Positions 31,945 through 39,764 of a stretch of 64,000 nt of DNA are shown here, one piece after another; position 1 is the stretch's first letter, and each line of letters starts with the position of its first letter. This DNA comes from Chloroflexota bacterium (GTDB lineage: Bacteria; Chloroflexota; Limnocylindria; Limnocylindrales; CSP1-4), in contig JACCVQ010000253.1 of the NCBI GenBank assembly GCA_013698095.1, forward strand, positions 10,014 to 74,013. The letters are read 5' to 3'. Under the pieces are notes generated by a model. It was not told the origin of the DNA, did not search any database, and saw nothing but the letters and a program-made list of their open reading frames with translations. A program made the translations under genes and the position numbers.

Positions 31945-33509
31945 CCGACCTCACCCGGCTGTTCGCCCACGAGATGACCGCGGGTCTGCGGGCTGGCGAG
32001 GTGTCATCGCGCGAGCTGACAGCGGCCCATCTCGATGCCGCCGAGGCCGGCAATCACGCCCTCAACGCATGGCTCACCATCGATCGAGAATCGGCGCTCG
32101 CCCAGGCCGACGCGGCCGACGCCCGGCTTGCGGCGCCCGCGGGCGAGGCGGACGATCACCCCCTCCTCGGCGTCCCGGTCGCACTCAAGGACCTCGTCTC
32201 GGTCAAGGGCGGCCAGTGCACCGCCGGATCGCGGATCCTTGAGGGCTACATCGCGCCGTATGACGCCCACATCACCGAGCGACTGCGCGCTGTCGGGGCG
32301 GTGATCCTCGGCAAGACGAACATGGACGAGTTCGCGATGGGCTCGTCGAACGAGCACAGCGCGTACGGACCGGTTGCCAACCCGTGGGACCTCGAGACGG
32401 TGCCCGGCGGGTCGTCGGGGGGTTCTGCGGTGGCAGTCGCCGCCTACCACGCTCCGCTCTCGATCGGGACCGACACCGGCGGCTCGATCCGCCAGCCGGC
32501 GGCCCTGACCGGGATCGTCGGGATCAAGCCGACGTACGGCCGGGTGTCGCGCTACGGGATCGTGGCGTTCGCGAGCAGCCTCGACCAGATCGGGCCGTTC
32601 GCCCGCGACGTCCGCGATGCCGCGGCCCTCCTCCACGCGGTCTCGGGCCGCGACGAGCGCGACTCCACGTCGACGCCGGTTCCCGTGCCAGCCGAGCTGC
32701 TCAGCCTGCCGGCGAGCGACGACGAGGCCGCGACCGGGCTGCGTGGCAAGCGTCTCGGCCTTCCCAAGGAGTACTTCGTCGCCGGCATGGACCCCGACTC
32801 GCGGCGCCGGATCGAGGAGTCCGTCGCGGCCCTCGAGGGCGCCGGCGCGACCGTCGACGAAGTCAGCCTGCCCCACACCGACTACGGCCTCGCGACGTAC
32901 TACATCGTCGCCCCGGCCGAGGCTTCGGCCAACCTGGCCCGCTACGATGGCGTCCGGTTCGGGCCGCGGCTCGGCGACAGCGATGTCCTCGGCAACTACC
33001 TCGCGACGCGCGGGCGTGGCTTCGGGCCGGAGGTCAAGCGCCGGATCATGCTCGGGACATACGCCCTGTCGAGCGGCTATTACGACGCCTACTACATCAA
33101 GGCCCAGAAGGTCCGGACGCTGATCAAACGCGACTTCGACACCCTGTTCGAGCAGGGCTTCGATGCCCTCGTCGCGCCGACGTCGCCGACGACGGCATTC
33201 ACCTTTGGCGCCAAGATGGCCGACCCTGTCGCGATGTACCTGTCGGACGCCTGCACGTTGCCGGTCAACATGGCCGGCCTGCCCGGGATCTCGATCCCGT
33301 GCGGCCTGTCGGAGGGGATGCCTGTCGGACTCCAGCTGATCGGTCCGGCCTGGTCGGAGCTCGAGCTGTTCCGGCTGTCGCGCGGCTTCGAGGCGCTGAC
33401 CGCGGGGGCTTCATGGCGCGGCCGGGAGCCGGCCCAGATCGCGCTCACGACGGATCCCGAGCAGCCCACGCCCGCCGAGCGTGCCCGCAGCCTTGCGCTG
33501 GCCCGATGA
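31941..33509 (+). CDS. gatA: Asp-tRNA(Asn)/Glu-tRNA(Gln) amidotransferase subunit A
   Basis: It has the amidase signature (GGSSGGSAVAVAA..., GTDTGGSIRQPAA) and the GatA N-terminus (LTAAHLDAAEAGNHALNAWLTI). I chose the GTG at 31941, internal to the 684-aa track ORF. Confidence 0.94.
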   Translation: MTDLTRLFAHEMTAGLRAGEVSSRELTAAHLDAAEAGNHALNAWLTIDRESALAQADAADARLAAPAGEADDHPLLGVPVALKDLVSVKGGQCTAGSRILEGYIAPYDAHITERLRAVGAVILGKTNMDEFAMGSSNEHSAYGPVANPWDLETVPGGSSGGSAVAVAAYHAPLSIGTDTGGSIRQPAALTGIVGIKPTYGRVSRYGIVAFASSLDQIGPFARDVRDAAALLHAVSGRDERDSTSTPVPVPAELLSLPASDDEAATGLRGKRLGLPKEYFVAGMDPDSRRRIEESVAALEGAGATVDEVSLPHTDYGLATYYIVAPAEASANLARYDGVRFGPRLGDSDVLGNYLATRGRGFGPEVKRRIMLGTYALSSGYYDAYYIKAQKVRTLIKRDFDTLFEQGFDALVAPTSPTTAFTFGAKMADPVAMYLSDACTLPVNMAGLPGISIPCGLSEGMPVGLQLIGPAWSELELFRLSRGFEALTAGASWRGREPAQIALTTDPEQPTPAERARSLALAR

Positions 33510-34708
33510 CGTCGACACCCGCCGCTCGAGCGCCGCTCTCGGATCGCGCTCTCGCCGAGCGCGTCCGGGCTGTGCCGCCGTCCGGGATCCGGCGCTTCTT
33601 CGACATCCTCGCCACGATGGACGACGTGATCAGCCTCGGGGTGGGGGAGCCGGACTTCGATACGCCGGAACGGATCGTCGCTGCCGGCGTGCGCTCGCTC
33701 CACACCGGCCGGACCCACTACACGAGCAACTACGGGACGATCGAGCTCCGGCGGGCGCTCGCGGAGCACCTCGAACGTCGCTACGACGTCGCCTACGACC
33801 CGGCGACCGAGCTTCTCATCACCGTCGGAGCGTCCGAGGCCGTTGACCTCGCCCTGCGCGCGACCTGCGACCCCGGCGACGAGGTGATCCTCCACGAGCC
33901 CTCGTATGTCGCCTACGAGCCGGCGGTGGTCTTTGCCGGCGGGACGGTCGTCCACGTCGCGACCCGCCTCGAGGACGACTTCGCCCTCGATCCCGCCGCG
34001 GTGGAGGCCGCGATCACATCCCGGACGAAGGCACTCTTCCTGGGCTACCCCTGCAATCCGACGGGCGCCGTGCTGCCCGACGACGTCCAGGACCAGCTGG
34101 CGGCCATCGCCGAGCGCCACGACTTGCTCGTCTACAGCGACGAGATCTATGACCGCCTCGCATACGGCACGTACCGCCACCGGGCGTTCAGCGCGCTGCC
34201 CGGAATGAAGGACCGGACGATCCTCATGGGCGGCTTCTCCAAGGCCTACGCGATGACCGGCTGGCGCGTTGGCTACCTGGCGGCGCCGGCGGCGATCCTC
34301 GAGGGCATCGTCAAGGTCCACCAGTACGGGATCATGTCGGCGCCGACGACGGCCCAGGACGCGGCGCTCGAGGCGATCGTCGGCGGCGAGGCAGACGTCG
34401 AGCGGATGCGGGCCGAGTACGACCGGCGACGACGGCTCGTCGTGGACGCCTTCAACGCGATGGGCCTCCGGACGTTCGAGCCGCGCGGGGCGTTCTACGC
34501 CTTCCCCGAGGTCACCTCTGCGACCGGCCTGAGCTCAGATGCGTTTGCCCAGGGCCTGCTCGAGGAGGAGCGGGTCGCGGTCATCCCGGGCTCGGCGTTC
34601 GGGCCGAGCGGCGAGGGCCATGTCCGGGCCTGCTACGCGACCTCGTACGAGCAGCTCGAGGACGCACTGGGCCGGATCTCACGTTACGTCGATCGCCATC
34701 GCGCCTGA
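33506..34708 (+). CDS. pyridoxal-phosphate-dependent aminotransferase, class I (AspC/PatA-like)
   Basis: The ATG overlaps the gatA TGA (ATGA). The product has SGIRRFFD, GVGEPDFDTP, NPTG and the PLP-lysine block GFSKAYAMTGWRVGY. Confidence 0.9.
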   Translation: MTSTPAARAPLSDRALAERVRAVPPSGIRRFFDILATMDDVISLGVGEPDFDTPERIVAAGVRSLHTGRTHYTSNYGTIELRRALAEHLERRYDVAYDPATELLITVGASEAVDLALRATCDPGDEVILHEPSYVAYEPAVVFAGGTVVHVATRLEDDFALDPAAVEAAITSRTKALFLGYPCNPTGAVLPDDVQDQLAAIAERHDLLVYSDEIYDRLAYGTYRHRAFSALPGMKDRTILMGGFSKAYAMTGWRVGYLAAPAAILEGIVKVHQYGIMSAPTTAQDAALEAIVGGEADVERMRAEYDRRRRLVVDAFNAMGLRTFEPRGAFYAFPEVTSATGLSSDAFAQGLLEEERVAVIPGSAFGPSGEGHVRACYATSYEQLEDALGRISRYVDRHRA

Positions 34709-34709
34709 C

Positions 34710-37556
34710 GTGGCAGCCCCGCACGAACCTTCGCTCGCGCGGACCGGAGCGGCCGTCGCGCGGGCCGACGCCCGGCTCTCGACCTTCCTGCTGACCGACA
34801 TTGCAGGCAGCACCAGGCTGTGGGAGGAGCATGCCGAAGCGATGGGCGCCGCGCTCGCCGTTCACGACCAGCTGCTCCGGTCCGCGATCACGTCGAGCGG
34901 CGGGCTCGTCGTCAAGTCGATGGGCGACGGGATGCTCGCGGTTTTTGACCGGCCCGTGGACGCGCTCGACGCCGCGATCTTCGCCCAGCGCTCCCTGCGC
35001 GACGCCAGCTGGGGCGAGACCGGCCCGCTCCACGTCCGGATGGCCCTCCACACCGGCACCGCCGAGTCGCGCGAGGGCGACTTCTTCGGCCAGGCGCTGA
35101 ACCGGGACGCGCGAATCCTCGCGATCGGCCATGGCGGCCAGATCCTCCTGTCGGCGATGGCCGCCATGCTCGCCCGCGAGGGTCGTCCGGCCGGCGTCGA
35201 GCTGCTCGATCTCGGTTCGCACCGGCTGCGCGACCTCGACCGGCCCGAGCAGATCTTCCAGGTTGCGGTCGCCGATCTCCGGGGTGACTTCCCGCCGCTC
35301 CGGTCGCTGAGCTCCCGGCGCTCCAACCTGCCCGTCCCGCTGACCTCGTTCGTCGGACGCGAGCGCGAGCTCGTCGAGGTCGACCGACTGCTCGCGCGAG
35401 CCCGGCTCGTGACGCTGATCGGGACCGGCGGAACGGGCAAGACACGGCTGATGATCGAGGTGGCCGGTCGGGCCGCCTCGCGCTTCGACGACGGGGTCTG
35501 GCTGGCGGAGCTCGCCTCGCTCGGTGACCCGGGCGAGATCGGGCCCGAGATCGCCCGGGCCCTCGGCGTCGGCGAGCTGCCGGGCCGGCCCACCCTGGAT
35601 ATCGTCGCCGACTTCCTCGCGACCAAGGATCTCCTGCTCGTGCTCGACAACGCCGAGCACCTGATCGATGGCGTCGCCCGAGTGGCAGAGCGGCTCCTGG
35701 GCGCAGCCCCCGGCCTGCGCATCCTGACGACGAGCCGGGAGGCGCTCGCGGTGTCGGGCGAGGCGGTCGTCCAGATCCCCTCGCTGAGTTGTCCGGCCGG
35801 GGCGCCGCACGCGGAGCGCACCGGCTCCGCACCCGTGGACCTCGCAGAGGCCGAGGCCACCGAGGCGGTCCAGCTATTCGCCGAGCGGGCCGGCGCCGTC
35901 CTGCCCTCGTTTTCGATCACAACCGCCAACGTCGCTGCCGTCGCGGACATCTGCCGCCGGCTCGACGGCATCCCGCTCGCGATCGAGCTCGCCGCCGGCC
36001 GCGTGTCGGCCATGTCGCCGGAGGAGATCGCGAGCGGTCTCGGCGATCGGTTCCGGCTCCTGACCGGCGGTCGCCGAACTTCCGTTCCGCGGCAGCAGAC
36101 GCTCCACGCCCTGATCGACTGGAGCTGGGACCTCCTGACCGACGACGATCGGCGGCTCCTCCGGCGTCTGTCGATCTTCGTGGGCGGCTGGACGGTGCCC
36201 GCCGCCGCTCGGGTGGCGGGCGACCCCCAGCTGTCGGACGGCGTCATGGAGGCGCTCGATGGGCTGACTCGCCTGGTCGACCGCTCGCTGGTCATCGTCG
36301 AGCGCGGCGCGACGACGACCCGCTACCGGATGCTCGAAACGATCCGCCAGTACGCGCGGGAGCAGTTGATCCGGAGCGGCGAGGTCGCCGACGTCTCGAG
36401 CCGTCACCTGCGGTTCTTCGCGGCGTTGGCCGACGCGGCTGCCTCCGAGCTCCGCGGCCCCGCGATGGTCGACTGGCTCGATCGCCTCGACGGCGAGATC
36501 GAGAATCTCGGGGCCGGCCTTGAGTGGGCGCTCGAAACGGAGCCCGAGACGGCGATCCGGATGGGTGTCGCGCTGCTCGACTACTGGGTTGCCCGCGTGC
36601 CGTCGCCGGACAACCAGGCGCGGGTGTTCGCGGCGGTGGCGGCGGCCCGGACGCTCCTCGCCGGTCCACCCGAACCAACGCGGGATCAGCGCATCCTCGC
36701 CGTTCGGCTTCTCGGCACGGCTGCGACGCGCTGGGCCCTGTCCGGTCGCGCCGATGTCGCCATTGGCTGGGCGGAGCAGGCGGTGACGATCGCTCAGGAG
36801 CTCGGCGACCCGCGAGCCCACATCGACGCCTTGCTCGGCCACACGACCTCGCGGATCTTCACCGGCGCCCGAGGCGACATTCGCGGCTGGTTCGACGAGG
36901 TCGTCCGCCAGGCGAGCGAAATCGGCGACTGGTTCTCGATCGCCTTTGCCGCATCGGGCGTCGCGGTCGGCCTTGGCTCGTTCGAACCGCTCGAGGTCGA
37001 GAAGCTTCTCGCGAGCGGAGCAGAGGCCGCGCGTCGCAGCGGCAACCCGCACGTCATCGCCTTGACGGCCATGGGCCAGGGCAACCTTCTCGCACGGAGC
37101 GGCCGCTTCGACGAGGCGCGAGCCCGACTCCAGGAGGGCATCGACCGGTTCGCGGAGATCGGCGACGAGCGCCTCGCGGATGCCTGCCGCAGCGAGATGG
37201 CCCATGTCGTCCGGCGTGCCGGCGACATCGAAGAGGCGCTCGCGCTGTACCGCGTCTCGATCCAGCGCTGGGTCCGGACCGGCCACCGCGGGGCGGTCGC
37301 GCACCAGCTCGAGAGCATCGCTTTCGCGTTCATCGTCCGCGCCGACCCGGATCGCGCAGCACGCTTGCTCGGAGCGGCGGCGGCGCTCCGCGAGGATGCC
37401 CGTAGCCCGATGACCCAGGCCGAGCAGATCGAGCACGACGACTGGCTCCGCCGGCTCCGCATGTCGCCCGATGGGTCGACCGTGGCCGGAGCGATCGCCG
37501 CCGGGCGCTCGCTTCCGATGGCCGACGCCGTGGCGCTCGCGCTAGCCGATCGCTGA
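34710..37556 (+). CDS. class III adenylate/guanylate cyclase fused to STAND (NB-ARC/AAA) ATPase and TPR-like repeats
   Basis: The cyclase domain shows FLLTDIAGSTRLW, KSMGDGMLAVF and ALNRDAR. It is followed by Walker A GTGGTGKTRL, then a long helical-repeat C-terminus. I chose the GTG at 34710, 1 nt after the aminotransferase stop codon; the exact start is uncertain. Confidence 0.83.
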   Translation: MAAPHEPSLARTGAAVARADARLSTFLLTDIAGSTRLWEEHAEAMGAALAVHDQLLRSAITSSGGLVVKSMGDGMLAVFDRPVDALDAAIFAQRSLRDASWGETGPLHVRMALHTGTAESREGDFFGQALNRDARILAIGHGGQILLSAMAAMLAREGRPAGVELLDLGSHRLRDLDRPEQIFQVAVADLRGDFPPLRSLSSRRSNLPVPLTSFVGRERELVEVDRLLARARLVTLIGTGGTGKTRLMIEVAGRAASRFDDGVWLAELASLGDPGEIGPEIARALGVGELPGRPTLDIVADFLATKDLLLVLDNAEHLIDGVARVAERLLGAAPGLRILTTSREALAVSGEAVVQIPSLSCPAGAPHAERTGSAPVDLAEAEATEAVQLFAERAGAVLPSFSITTANVAAVADICRRLDGIPLAIELAAGRVSAMSPEEIASGLGDRFRLLTGGRRTSVPRQQTLHALIDWSWDLLTDDDRRLLRRLSIFVGGWTVPAAARVAGDPQLSDGVMEALDGLTRLVDRSLVIVERGATTTRYRMLETIRQYAREQLIRSGEVADVSSRHLRFFAALADAAASELRGPAMVDWLDRLDGEIENLGAGLEWALETEPETAIRMGVALLDYWVARVPSPDNQARVFAAVAAARTLLAGPPEPTRDQRILAVRLLGTAATRWALSGRADVAIGWAEQAVTIAQELGDPRAHIDALLGHTTSRIFTGARGDIRGWFDEVVRQASEIGDWFSIAFAASGVAVGLGSFEPLEVEKLLASGAEAARRSGNPHVIALTAMGQGNLLARSGRFDEARARLQEGIDRFAEIGDERLADACRSEMAHVVRRAGDIEEALALYRVSIQRWVRTGHRGAVAHQLESIAFAFIVRADPDRAARLLGAAAALREDARSPMTQAEQIEHDDWLRRLRMSPDGSTVAGAIAAGRSLPMADAVALALADR

Positions 37557-37559
37557 AGG

Positions 37560-38741
37560 TCAGGCCGGCACGGGCTGGCCCAGATCGTGCGACGCGCGAA
37601 GGATCGCCACCAGGCCGCCGACGGCCACAATCGCCGCCCCGCTGATCAACAAGGCCGTTCGAGGGCCGGCCGCGTCCGTGATGGCACCGAGGACGACCAT
37701 GCCGACCGGCGCCGCCACGAGGACACCACCCAGGACGGCGCCGAACACGCGGCCGCGCGTCGCCGCCGGCACGCGCTCCTGCATGACGGTGAACGCGATC
37801 GGATTGATCAGCCCGCTCGCCAGCCCTGCTCCGCCGAGCGCCACGAGCAGCACGGGAAGGGGCAGCCCGAGCGAGGCCACGATCAGCCCTGCGCCGGTCC
37901 CGACGAACCCGAGGACCAGGGCCGCCCGCCGGTTGACGCGATCGCCGAGCAGGCCGAGTCCGAGAGACCCGCCGATCATCCCGGCGCCGAGAACGGCGAG
38001 CATCGCCCCGAGCGAAGCAGCGCTCTCGCCCGACCTGGCCGCGAGGGCCGGAAGGACGACGATGAAGAGCGGTGTGAACACCAGGTTGCCGATCGCGGCG
38101 ATGACCATCAGGACCCGCAGCACCGGGTCCGCCGCGAGCGCCCGAAGCCCGGCTCCCAGGTCGGCCGCTTCGTCGCCGTCGGCCGGCCGGACGTCCGGGA
38201 CGAGCACCCGGATGACCACCGCCGAGACGAGGAACGTCGCCGCATCCAGCCACAGCGCTCCGAGCGGCCCGATCGCGACGATGATCAGGCCGGCGATCGC
38301 CGGCCCGATGAGCAGCGATGCGTTCTCGACCGTCTGGAACACGGCGTTGGCTCGCTCGAGCCCGACGCCCGCCGGCGCGGCCAGATCGGGCAGGATCACC
38401 TGGCGGGCGGTCTGGCCGGGGGCATCGAGCAACGCTCCGACGAATGCGAGGCCGACGAGGAGGGGTATCCCGAGCCCGACCGTGCTCGCCGCGATCGGGA
38501 TGGCAGCCACGGCGAGCCCGCTCAGGACGTCGGCGACGACGCTCGTCCGGCGCGGCCCGATCCGATCGATGATGACCCCGCCGGCGAACGCACCGAAGAC
38601 CGCCGGCAGGACGATCGCGGCTCCGACGATCCCGGCATCGATCGGCGTGCCGAGAGTCGTGAGGACCAGCCACGGCAGGGCCAGGGTCGTGACCTGGTTG
38701 CCGACGAGCGAGATCGCGGTCGCGGCCCAGAGTGCGGACAG
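37560..38741 (-). CDS. MFS transporter (MFS_3/EntS-like); no canonical start codon is available for the conserved N-terminus
   Basis: The track ORF (316 aa) begins at the GTG at 38510, but the same frame stays open up to the TGA at 38814-38816. That stretch encodes RRRGPLSALWAATAISLVGNQVTTLALPWLVLTT...GGVIIDRIGPRRTSVV (TM1-TM2 plus MFS motif A) with no ATG, GTG or TTG. The 5' end given here is a provisional CTG at 38741. Confidence 0.7.
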   Translation of the reverse strand: MSALWAATAISLVGNQVTTLALPWLVLTTLGTPIDAGIVGAAIVLPAVFGAFAGGVIIDRIGPRRTSVVADVLSGLAVAAIPIAASTVGLGIPLLVGLAFVGALLDAPGQTARQVILPDLAAPAGVGLERANAVFQTVENASLLIGPAIAGLIIVAIGPLGALWLDAATFLVSAVVIRVLVPDVRPADGDEAADLGAGLRALAADPVLRVLMVIAAIGNLVFTPLFIVVLPALAARSGESAASLGAMLAVLGAGMIGGSLGLGLLGDRVNRRAALVLGFVGTGAGLIVASLGLPLPVLLVALGGAGLASGLINPIAFTVMQERVPAATRGRVFGAVLGGVLVAAPVGMVVLGAITDAAGPRTALLISGAAIVAVGGLVAILRASHDLGQPVPA

Positions 38742-38763
38742 CGGTCCGCGGCGCCGGCCCGTG

Positions 38764-39684
38764 TCAGTCGCCGTCGCGGTCCCCTCTCGGAACGCGGCCC
38801 GACACGAGGACCATCAAGGCAATCCCGCAATGGGTGCCCGTTGCGCGGCGCTCCTCGACCGCCGCAATGGCGGCTTCCGACCGGCCGGGATCGAGGGTTC
38901 CCTGGGCGGCCAGTTCGCGAGCAATCCTGGCGTACTCATCCGCCTCGTCCTGGTCCAGCTCGGTCTCGAAGTACCCAACCACCTCACCGTCGACATCGAC
39001 GAAGCCGGCCTTGATCATCAGGCGCCGAAGCTGGATGCCCATCTGTCCGTTGCGGATGCCCGAGACGAGGGAGCGTTCGATCTGCCGGTTCGTGTCCGGA
39101 TCCGGCGTCTCCATCGTGGCCCCGGCGGCGAAGATTTCTGCGACGACCGCTCGACCACCCTGCCGAAGCACGCGGCGCAACTCCCCGATGGCTGCCGCTG
39201 GATCCTCGACGTGCATGAGGACGCGCTCGCAGTGGACCGCGTCGAAGGACGCGTCGTCGATCGGCAGTCGATGGACGTCGCCCTCGACGAGATCCACCGC
39301 TTCGGATAGATCCGCTGCCGCCAGGCGGTTGCGGGCCTCCGCGAGGAACGCCGGGGCGTGGTCGAGCCCGACGACCCGCCCTGATCGACCCACGAGTGCG
39401 GCGAGGCCCGGCAGGAACACGCCGGTCCCGCAGCCGACTTCAAGGACCGACTCGCCCGGCTGAAGGGCCAGCCGGGCGAGGCTCTTCCCCGAAACCTCCC
39501 GGATGAACGGGTGGAGGGCTTGCGCCTCGAGCCAGCCCGCGGTCGCCTGGGCGGCCTCGCCATCGGTCGTCGGCACGTACGCAGCGGACGTGAAGGTTGC
39601 GTATTCAGGTGACGGCTCGACGGAGTCGCCTGATCCGTGGCGCGGCTCCAATCCCACGCGAAGATCCTCCCTGTGTCCGGTCAT
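38764..39684 (-). CDS. class I SAM-dependent methyltransferase
   Basis: It has SAM-binding motif I VLEVGCGTG and post-I/II blocks (VVGLDHAP, VHCERVLMHVEDP). I chose the ATG at 39684 (MTGHREDL...) because earlier codons of the track ORF run into the GH116 gene end. Confidence 0.78.
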   Translation of the reverse strand: MTGHREDLRVGLEPRHGSGDSVEPSPEYATFTSAAYVPTTDGEAAQATAGWLEAQALHPFIREVSGKSLARLALQPGESVLEVGCGTGVFLPGLAALVGRSGRVVGLDHAPAFLAEARNRLAAADLSEAVDLVEGDVHRLPIDDASFDAVHCERVLMHVEDPAAAIGELRRVLRQGGRAVVAEIFAAGATMETPDPDTNRQIERSLVSGIRNGQMGIQLRRLMIKAGFVDVDGEVVGYFETELDQDEADEYARIARELAAQGTLDPGRSEAAIAAVEERRATGTHCGIALMVLVSGRVPRGDRDGD

Positions 39685-39764
39685 CTGATGGCGACGCGGC
39701 GTCCCGCTCGAACTGCGGTCGAGTGTGCGCGCTTTCACGGCTCGGCATCCGGCGTGTCGGACCG

